From Syntrophales bacterium (lineage in GTDB: Bacteria > Desulfobacterota > Syntrophia > Syntrophales > PHBD01): 64,000 nucleotides of DNA. Where the stretch lies: positions 3,296,001 to 3,360,000 of the forward strand of contig OY764159.1 in assembly GCA_963668175.1 (NCBI GenBank). The letters are read 5' to 3'. Of this stretch, positions 21,412 to 29,292 are shown in pieces. The translations under genes and the position numbers were made by a program. The notes beneath the pieces are model-generated. The model was not told where the DNA came from, did not search any database, and worked only from the letters and a program-made list of their open reading frames with translations. Position 1 is the stretch's first letter; every line of letters begins with the position of its first letter.

Positions 21412-22824
21412 ATGTTTATGTGGAATGAAGAATTCGATGTAGTCGTTATCGGCTCCGGCTATGCCGGACTGGCGGCAGCGATTGAAGCCCGCAGGCTCGG
21501 CGCCTCGGTCGTTGTTCTGGAAAAGATGGCCACGCCGGGAGGCAACTCCGCCATCAGCGGCGGTCTCTTCGGAGCGGCCGGCTCCCCCCTGCAGGCCGAG
21601 AACAATATCCAGGATTCGCCGGAACTGATGCTGGCGGACATGCTGGCCGCCGGCCACGATCTCAATCACCGTGACCTGGCCCGGATCGTGGCCGAACGAT
21701 CCACGGAAACCCTCCTTTGGACGATCAGGGAACTGGGCGTAAAATACAAGTCCAGGCTGAACCATCTGGGCGGCCATTCCGTGCCGCGAACGTACAATAC
21801 GGAAAGCACATCGGGATCGGGCATCGTGAGGCCCATGCTGGTCAAGTGCCGGGAAATGGATATCCCGATCCGCTTGAAGACGTTTCTCTCGGAACTTATT
21901 ACGGATGAACAGGGGAATATGGAAGGCGTTGCCGTCCGCGAGGATTACATCTTTCCGAACAGCGCCAGCGGCACGCCGAAGTGCATCCGGGCGCGCCGAG
22001 CGGTCGTCCTGGCCGCCGGCGGATTCAGCCAGGACAAGGAATTCCGCCACATCCAGAACCCGATGCTGACAGCGGACATGGAAAGCACCAATCACCGCGG
22101 CGCCACCGCCGAAGCCCTTATTATGGCCCTGCGGGCCGGAGCGACGCCTGTCCAGTTGTCCATGATCCAACTCGGACCCTGGGCGTCGCGGGACGAAGAA
22201 GGCTTCGGCGTAGGGGCCATGTTTTCCATGCTGGCGGGTTTTCCTTACGGCATCCTGATCGACCTTCGGACGGGAGAGCGTTTTATCAACGAACAGGCCG
22301 ACAGGAAACTCCTGGTCGATGCGATGCTCAGTTCCGGCAGGGAATCGATCGCCATCGTCGACCAGGAAGGCGTCCGTCATGCTTCCACCCTGGAACAATG
22401 TCTGAAACGGGGTGTCGTCAAGGCGTACCATTCCATCGAGGAACTTGCCGCCTCGAATCAGGTGCCGCTTCTTCCGCTGCAGACGACCATCGCAGACTAC
22501 AACGACTTGATTGAAAAAGGCGGGAGAGACACCTTCGGGAAACCCCTTCCGAAAGACCTCCTGCCCCTGAAACACCCGCCGTTTTATTCCATCCGCCTGA
22601 TCTCCAAGGTCCATCATTGCATGGGCGGTATCCGCATCAATACGAATGCGCAGGTGATCCGCATCGATACCCACCGGCCCATCGGCCGCTTCTACGCCGC
22701 GGGCGAAATCACGGGCGGCATCCACGGCGCGAGCCGTCTGGGCGGCAACGCCATCCCGGAATGTCTGATATTCGGCCGCATCGCGGGCATCCAGGCAGCC
22801 TCCGAGCCGCCCCGCTCCCCATAA
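21412..22824 (+). CDS. Flavocytochrome c-type flavoprotein without signal peptide
   Basis: GSGYAG FAD motif, GGNSAISGG, GGHSVPR, HHCMGG, HGASRLGGN. Confidence 0.88.
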   Translation: MFMWNEEFDVVVIGSGYAGLAAAIEARRLGASVVVLEKMATPGGNSAISGGLFGAAGSPLQAENNIQDSPELMLADMLAAGHDLNHRDLARIVAERSTETLLWTIRELGVKYKSRLNHLGGHSVPRTYNTESTSGSGIVRPMLVKCREMDIPIRLKTFLSELITDEQGNMEGVAVREDYIFPNSASGTPKCIRARRAVVLAAGGFSQDKEFRHIQNPMLTADMESTNHRGATAEALIMALRAGATPVQLSMIQLGPWASRDEEGFGVGAMFSMLAGFPYGILIDLRTGERFINEQADRKLLVDAMLSSGRESIAIVDQEGVRHASTLEQCLKRGVVKAYHSIEELAASNQVPLLPLQTTIADYNDLIEKGGRDTFGKPLPKDLLPLKHPPFYSIRLISKVHHCMGGIRINTNAQVIRIDTHRPIGRFYAAGEITGGIHGASRLGGNAIPECLIFGRIAGIQAASEPPRSP

Positions 22825-23215
22825 TAACGGAATAGATCCGGCATAGACCGGCGGAAAAGCACCGGCGGAGGCCGCTGTTACGGCCTACCGTAAATATCCC
22901 CTATCCATGGGACGCTGCATGCTATTTCGTAGAAAACGGCATCCAATTTCGGGTATGGAATACTACCCGATATTTACCTTTTAAATCACCCTTCTTGCCT
23001 TGATCTTTCCGTGTTAAGACCTTGTGAAAATTACACATAATGGGTCATTGAACAAGTATACCCGCAACGAACGTCGCAACCGTTTGATTTGCATTGTCGG
23101 AACCGGATTCAGCTGCTACGGATGAAGGCTGTCTTGCATGCATTTCCGGCATGGGCCGTCGGCGGGGTTCTGCATCATATATCGACTAAAAGAAAGCAAC
23201 TACAGGAGGTAAATC

Positions 23216-24793
23216 ATGAAAAAAGATGTCGTACAGGAAAGTAAAAACGTAGATAAAGGGAATGCCGCAAGCATGGGCCGTCGTTCCGTCCTTAAAGGGG
23301 CGCTTGCCATGGGCGCCGCGGCCGCGACCGGCGGGTTTGCTCTCAACCTGGCCGCTCCGGGATCGTCGGAAGCCGCAATGAAAAAAATCCCCAAAAAATG
23401 GGATGAAACGTGGGATATCGTCGTGGTCGGTTCCGGTTTTGCCGGGTGTTCCGCCGCCGCGCAGGCAACGGCCGACGGAGCAAAGGTCGTCGTTCTGGAG
23501 AAGATGCCCACCTACGGCGGAAACTCCATCATCAACGGCGGCGTCTATGCCTCCTGGGACGACAAGTTCCATTATCGCCAGAAACTCAGCCTGGGCGATG
23601 ACAGCACCAAACTTCATCTTGAGGACACTCTCAAGGGCGGCGACTTCTTCAGTATCCCGGCCTTGGTGAAGGTCATGGTGGAAGGCGCCACGGACGCCCT
23701 GAACTGGATGATCGACGAGGGCGGGGCACAGATCCGTCCGACGGTGGTCCGCGCGGGCGGCCATTCGGCCTATCGGACCCATGCGGCCGGCATAGGAAAG
23801 GTGTATGTGGACGCGCTGAAGAAAATTGCCGAAAAGAACGGCGCCAAATTCCGCCTCGGCGCCCAGGTGAGTTATATCTGGAGGGCGGACGCCGATCCCA
23901 TGAGCCCCGTCCTGGGCGTGGAAGTGACGCAGGGCCGGAAAGTCTCGAATATCAAGATCAAAAAGGGCCTGATCCTGGCCTCCGGCGGTTTCAGCCGCGA
24001 CCTCAAGATGCGCGGGGACCATTATCCCTATCTTGCGGACGATAACTGGAACTGCACCAACCATCCGGGCGCCACGGGCGAGATGATCCGTTACGCGCAG
24101 TCCGTCGGCGCGGACACGCTGCAGCTGAATTTCATCCAGCTCTACCCTTATGCGGACCCCGAAACCGGCATCCTCGACACTCCGGCCCTTTATCCCTTCA
24201 ATGGGCCGGGAAACGGGATCGTCTACGTCACGAACAAAGGAAAGCGCTTCATCAGCGAACTGGCGCGCCGCGACCATGTGTCCTTCGCCCAGATCGCCCT
24301 CGGTCCTCAGGGGAAGCCCACCTACACGATCTTCAGCGATGAAATGATCGAAAAACTGGGAGGTACCAGGCAGGAGGTCGAGGACGGTTTGAAGAAAAAG
24401 CGTCTGGTTGCCGCCGATACCATCGCCGAACTGGCCAAGAAGATCGGCCTGCCCGCGGATACGCTCGTCGATACGATCGATAAGCACAATAAGTATCTTG
24501 CCGAAGGCAAGGACACCGAATTCAACAAGCCCATTACCAAGGCCATGACCCCCATGCTCAAGGGCCCCTTCTACGCCGTGGCCCAGTGGCCCGCCATCCA
24601 TCACTGCATGGGAGGCCTCAGGATCAACGACAAGGCCGAGGTCGTCGATGTCTACGGAAAAGTGATCCCGAAGCTTTATGCCGCGGGAGAAGTAACAGGC
24701 GGTATCCACGGCACGAACCGCCTGGGCAGCAACGCCATCCCCGACTGCGTCGTTTTCGGCCGCGTCGCCGGCAAGAATGCAGCCAAAGCGTAA
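23216..24793 (+). CDS. Tat-exported flavocytochrome c flavin subunit (enoate reductase-like)
   Basis: GRRSVLK Tat motif; GSGFAG; HHCMGG; HGTNRLGSN. Confidence 0.9.
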   Translation: MKKDVVQESKNVDKGNAASMGRRSVLKGALAMGAAAATGGFALNLAAPGSSEAAMKKIPKKWDETWDIVVVGSGFAGCSAAAQATADGAKVVVLEKMPTYGGNSIINGGVYASWDDKFHYRQKLSLGDDSTKLHLEDTLKGGDFFSIPALVKVMVEGATDALNWMIDEGGAQIRPTVVRAGGHSAYRTHAAGIGKVYVDALKKIAEKNGAKFRLGAQVSYIWRADADPMSPVLGVEVTQGRKVSNIKIKKGLILASGGFSRDLKMRGDHYPYLADDNWNCTNHPGATGEMIRYAQSVGADTLQLNFIQLYPYADPETGILDTPALYPFNGPGNGIVYVTNKGKRFISELARRDHVSFAQIALGPQGKPTYTIFSDEMIEKLGGTRQEVEDGLKKKRLVAADTIAELAKKIGLPADTLVDTIDKHNKYLAEGKDTEFNKPITKAMTPMLKGPFYAVAQWPAIHHCMGGLRINDKAEVVDVYGKVIPKLYAAGEVTGGIHGTNRLGSNAIPDCVVFGRVAGKNAAKA

Positions 24794-24805
24794 CCGTCCT
24801 ACAAC

Positions 24806-24845
24806 AAACAGGGGGGTTCATGCCGAAACATGGACCCCCTGTTTT
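24806..24845 (+). terminator. Intergenic terminator-like hairpin
   Basis: AAACAGGGGG(G)TTCATG...CATGGACCCCCTGTTTT. Confidence 0.6.
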
Positions 24846-24868
24846 ATCGATGAAGGAATCCTTTGTTT

Positions 24869-25291
24869 ATGAAAAGAATATTCTTTGCCGTATTCTCCTT
24901 TCTGTTCGCGGGTGCATTGATCTGGTTTACGATGGGTGGTTCTTTCGCCGAAGCGGCCAAGAAAGGCGGTAAGGATGCCGCCATATCCGCGCAATTCAGC
25001 GAAACGAGGCACACGAAAAAGGGCGTCGCCTGCGCCCGCTGCCACGGGAAAGCCGCCCCCAAGGAAGGCGCCGAAGTGGAGAATCAGCGGTGCCTTGCCT
25101 GTCACGGTCCCATGGAAAAGCTCGCCAAAAAATCGGAACCGAAAGATTTCCCGGACCGCAACCCCCATAAATCCCATCTCGGGGAGATCAACTGCACGGT
25201 CTGTCACAGCGAACACGGCGCGTCCAAGGTATACTGCCTCGATTGTCATAAAAAGTTTCAGATGAAAATGCCGGAAGGGGTTAAGCAATAG
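24869..25291 (+). CDS. Tetraheme cytochrome c
   Basis: Signal peptide; CARCH, CLACH, CTVCH, CLDCH; NPHKSH. Confidence 0.92.
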   Translation: MKRIFFAVFSFLFAGALIWFTMGGSFAEAAKKGGKDAAISAQFSETRHTKKGVACARCHGKAAPKEGAEVENQRCLACHGPMEKLAKKSEPKDFPDRNPHKSHLGEINCTVCHSEHGASKVYCLDCHKKFQMKMPEGVKQ

Positions 25292-25390
25292 CCGCATCGA
25301 CCGATACGGCCGCCGTCACGGCCTCTGAAACGACTGCATTTCAGACCGGACCGGACGTCTCACGGACGTCCGCAAAGTTGTACTGAACGG

Positions 25391-25426
25391 AAACCGCCGG
25401 CGGCATCGGGTCAGCCGGCGGTTTTT
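25391..25426 (+). terminator. Intrinsic terminator
   Basis: AAACCGCCGGC / GCCGGCGGTTT followed by TT. Confidence 0.7.
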
Positions 25427-25590
25427 AAATTTCCGGTCGTCCCCATGAACGCCGGCGCCAAAATGGTCGTTTAAATACGTCGACCTGCCGCCTCATCTCC
25501 ATCCGGAGCGCAGAGGCGGCGCCGGTTGCCTCCCTTAAAGCCGCTCCCACATCAGAGCTTTTTTGATATCTTCACCCAAAAATGCCACGT

Positions 25591-25619
25591 TTGACATACA
25601 CCGAGGAAGCTGGTACATT
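25591..25619 (+). promoter_or_regulatory. sigma70 promoter of the third flavoprotein
   Basis: TTGACA-N17-TACATT with extended -10 TG. Confidence 0.6.
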
Positions 25620-25777
25620 TTTTCCGAAAATGGATGTATTTGATACGGTTGGAATTGTCCCAACATGCATAAACCGGATCAAGCTCGGGAAGCGTCATAC
25701 GGGATTCGACAAGACCTGGAATCCCGCCGACGTTTCATATAAGTTTCAACTTTTTACACGAGGAGGAAAAGAAAAGG

Positions 25778-27340
25778 ATGAAGAAAAAATTAGCCCGTAG
25801 AGAATTCCTCAAGCTGGGTGCGCTGAGCGCGGCCGGACTTGCAGCGGGTCTCACCGCATCTAACGCTCATGCAGAACCCGTGGCGGTAAACCCGGCAAAG
25901 GTGAAATGGGATGCCACGGCGGACATCGTCGTCATCGGAACGGGCCTGGCGGGCCTGGTGTCGGCCATCGAGGCCAACGACGCCGGCGCCAAGGTCCTCA
26001 TCATCGAGAAGGCCCCGAAGGAGTTCGAGGGAGGCAACAGCCGCATCTCCGGAAACCTCTGGCTCTGTAACAACGACCTGGAGAAATCCTATGCCTACTA
26101 CAAAGCCATGGATGTCGGACACACGGAGGACGACATCGTCAAATGGGTCGCCGCGGAGACGATGAAGACGAACGCCTATTTGACGAAATTCGGCGTCAAG
26201 CCGCTCCGCTTCTCGGCCCGGGCCTTTGCCCCGGAACATCCTCAACTTCCGGGGGCCGACAGCATCGAGATGTATGCCGACAACGGCACGATCGGCCAGG
26301 CCGCCATGTGGAGCAAGATCCGCAAGGCCGCCGAAGACCGCAAGATCAAGGTCATGTACGAAACGCCGGCCTTGGAACTCATGCAGGCCCCGAGCCGCGA
26401 GATCATCGGCGTTCTTGCCGAATCGGGCGGCAAGAAGATCAAAATCAAGGCGGCCAAGGCCGTCATCCTCGCCTGCGGCGGTTTCGAATTCAACGAGGAC
26501 ATGAACAAGCAGATGATCCCCGGCAGGCAGCTCTTCAAGGGAACGGTCTACAATACCGGCGACGGCCTCAGAATGGCCCAGTATGCCGGCGCCCAGATGT
26601 GGCACAACCACGTTTATCTCGGCCAGTACGACACGATCGAATGCAAGGGCATGAAATATCCCGCCGTTCTGCGGCCGAAAGGCGACAATTACCTGTGGCT
26701 GAACAAGAAAGCGGTGAGGTTCATGAACGAAAAGCGGCCGGCGCGGCACGGTTTCGGGCATCGCGAATACGCGATCTGGTTCGACGGCCTGACGGGCGAG
26801 TTCACCAATCTCCCCTGCTACGCCATCTTCAGCGCAGAGAGCGGCAACAAGAAAATGACGTACGAGGGCAAGGTGCATGCCTGGGGTCATTACGCAGACT
26901 ATAAATGGAGCGACGACAACAGCGCCGAAGTGGCCAAGGGCTGGCTTTACCGGGACGATACGATTGAAGGACTGGCCAAGCAACTGGGGTTGGACCCCGC
27001 CAAGGCCAAAGCCAGTGTCGATGCCTACAACAAGATGTGCGCGGCCGGGACCGACACGGAATTCGGGCGGGACGCGAAGTCACTCAAGCCCGTCGCCAAG
27101 GCGCCCTTCACGGCGGCGCTTCTGTGGCCGGGTTCCTACAACACCTTCGGCGGCCCGAAGAAGAACACGAAGGCACAGGCCCTGGACCCCTTCGGCAAGC
27201 CGATACCGAGGCTTTACGTCGTGGGCGAACTGGGTTCCTACTACGGCTTCATGTACAACGGCGGCGGTAATTTGACCGAGTGCCTCTTCGGCGGCTGGAC
27301 GGCCGGTCCCCACGCAGCGAAACTCAAGAGCTGGGGTTGA
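25778..27340 (+). CDS. Tat-exported FAD-binding oxidoreductase with divergent active site
   Basis: ARREFLK Tat motif; GTGLAG; GGNSRISG; YNTFGG and MYNGGGN in place of HHxMGG and RLG. Confidence 0.87.
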   Translation: MKKKLARREFLKLGALSAAGLAAGLTASNAHAEPVAVNPAKVKWDATADIVVIGTGLAGLVSAIEANDAGAKVLIIEKAPKEFEGGNSRISGNLWLCNNDLEKSYAYYKAMDVGHTEDDIVKWVAAETMKTNAYLTKFGVKPLRFSARAFAPEHPQLPGADSIEMYADNGTIGQAAMWSKIRKAAEDRKIKVMYETPALELMQAPSREIIGVLAESGGKKIKIKAAKAVILACGGFEFNEDMNKQMIPGRQLFKGTVYNTGDGLRMAQYAGAQMWHNHVYLGQYDTIECKGMKYPAVLRPKGDNYLWLNKKAVRFMNEKRPARHGFGHREYAIWFDGLTGEFTNLPCYAIFSAESGNKKMTYEGKVHAWGHYADYKWSDDNSAEVAKGWLYRDDTIEGLAKQLGLDPAKAKASVDAYNKMCAAGTDTEFGRDAKSLKPVAKAPFTAALLWPGSYNTFGGPKKNTKAQALDPFGKPIPRLYVVGELGSYYGFMYNGGGNLTECLFGGWTAGPHAAKLKSWG

Positions 27341-27407
27341 CATTCAATCATCCGGGTGCAGGGCGTCTGCCCTGCGCCCTCATTTTCAATTTGCAGGATT
27401 GTTTCGT

Positions 27408-27800
27408 ATGAAAAAGATATTCATGGGCGTATTCGCCTCCATGGCGTTGTTCGCTTTCGTCGTGGCGGCAGGCCCCGGAAATGTAGGCGCAGCCGGACAG
27501 GATACGTCCAAGGCCAGATGCCTCATGTGCCACGGTCCCTATGAAAAACTGGCGGCCAAGCCCCCTTTCTTCAAGGGATTCGATCCCAAGCAGTCGAAGA
27601 TTACCGCCGTGAATCCCCACCAGTACTGGCCCCATGAAGATAAAACGGAGAAGGGCATCCAGGACTGCGTCTTCTGCCACAAACCCCATAAAGAGAATAT
27701 GAAACCCGGGGACAAGACGGAGAAGGCCAACGTGGAGAAGTGCTTCGGCTGTCATCACGACAAGACCTTCGATCGCTGCAAGACCTGTCACGAAAGTTAA
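27408..27800 (+). CDS. Tetraheme cytochrome c
   Basis: Signal peptide; CLMCH, CVFCH, CFGCH, CKTCH. Confidence 0.9.
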   Translation: MKKIFMGVFASMALFAFVVAAGPGNVGAAGQDTSKARCLMCHGPYEKLAAKPPFFKGFDPKQSKITAVNPHQYWPHEDKTEKGIQDCVFCHKPHKENMKPGDKTEKANVEKCFGCHHDKTFDRCKTCHES

Positions 27801-27971
27801 ATACGGTCTTCCGCGCATTTGACGGTAATATCCGGAACAATTTCACCGGGTGTTAAAGAATCTTTCTGCCCTGATGGAAGTTCGTCGCCGACATAACGGC
27901 CCTGCCGGGTTCAGGGAGGGTATGTTCACTTAATCGATGGAAAATCATTTTTGAGGAGGGATCGACGACCC

Positions 27972-29078
27972 ATGCGCTACCGACTTTATCTTCTTGCTTC
28001 GCTTCTGACCTTGTTCTTCATCGCAGCAGACGGAACGGCGGTCATGGCCGCCAGGAAACCGCAGGTCGCCGCTGTCAGGGATGTCCCCGTCACCGTGGCG
28101 TTTCAGCGGGTCGCCGAACCGAGGGAGCATGCCTTTACGATGCTCGTCCCGAAGGGCTGGCTCGTCGAGGGCGGCATTTTCCGGGTCGATCCCAACCGGG
28201 CGGGCGGGACCCTGAATTCCATCGAGGCCAAATGCGACATCGCCGTGAAGAGCGACCCGTCCGGAACCGTCATGCTCCGGCGCTTTCCCAAGATCAATTA
28301 CGCCGACGGGCCCATGATCCCCTTCACGCACGGACCGGGCATGAACTACAACGGCTCCATCGTGACCCGCATGCCGTCGGTGGAGGGTTATCTGACGTGG
28401 CTCTTCCGGCAGGCCCGTCCACAAGCTTCCGACGTCGCCGTCGTCAAGAAGGAGAACCTTCCGCAGCTGGCGGACCTGGTGCGCCGCCTTTCGGACCCGC
28501 TGAACAGGTCGCTGGCGCAGGTCGGCATGCGTCCCCCCGGTTATTATGCCGGCCTCATCCTCGTGGAATACACGGAAGGGGGCCGTCGCTTCAAGGAGCT
28601 GTACTACACGCTGCTCGTCGACGGCCGGTCCTCCATGGGGCTATGGTCCAACGACCTGACGACGTCGATGCGCGCCCCCGCTTCCGAGGCGGACAGATGG
28701 AAGCCGGTGCTGGATATCGTCGCCAACTCCGTGAAACTGAATCCCCAGTGGGTGACGGGCGAGATCAAAGGGCAGGGCCAGCGGGCGGAGATATCCCGCA
28801 AGCTCATGGAAGATATCGCCCGGATAGACAAGGAGATCGCCGCCCATCGGACGCGCACCCAGCAGAACATCCAGACGGATCAGTACCTCACGCTCACGGG
28901 CCAGAACGATTACGTCAATCCCATCACGGGCAGGACCGAGCGGGATACGAGCGATTGGAAGCAGCGCTGGGTCAATCCGAGCGGCGAGTACGTCTATTCC
29001 AACGATACGTCGTACAACCCGAACGCCGATCCCAACAACCCGCGGCACGACTACCAGCTCACGAGGCCCAGGAGATAA
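27972..29078 (+). CDS. Secreted hypothetical protein
   Basis: GAGGAGG RBS; signal peptide; long ORF with host-like composition; family not recognised. Confidence 0.7.
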   Translation: MRYRLYLLASLLTLFFIAADGTAVMAARKPQVAAVRDVPVTVAFQRVAEPREHAFTMLVPKGWLVEGGIFRVDPNRAGGTLNSIEAKCDIAVKSDPSGTVMLRRFPKINYADGPMIPFTHGPGMNYNGSIVTRMPSVEGYLTWLFRQARPQASDVAVVKKENLPQLADLVRRLSDPLNRSLAQVGMRPPGYYAGLILVEYTEGGRRFKELYYTLLVDGRSSMGLWSNDLTTSMRAPASEADRWKPVLDIVANSVKLNPQWVTGEIKGQGQRAEISRKLMEDIARIDKEIAAHRTRTQQNIQTDQYLTLTGQNDYVNPITGRTERDTSDWKQRWVNPSGEYVYSNDTSYNPNADPNNPRHDYQLTRPRR

Positions 29079-29292
29079 CATTCCGCCAGCGGCGAAAGGG
29101 ACGGGTTATCTTTCGCGTCTTGACGGTTTTGTTTGCCTTTTAAGGCATCCTCGCATTATCTCCCCTTCCCCGCCGCAATACCTCTTGAAATAAGCAGTGG
29201 CGGGTCATATAGATTCATAGGAGGCGATGATTGCCCGGACCCCTTTCCGGCAATATCCTTCCCAAACCGCATCGCATATTCGAGAGGCATTC

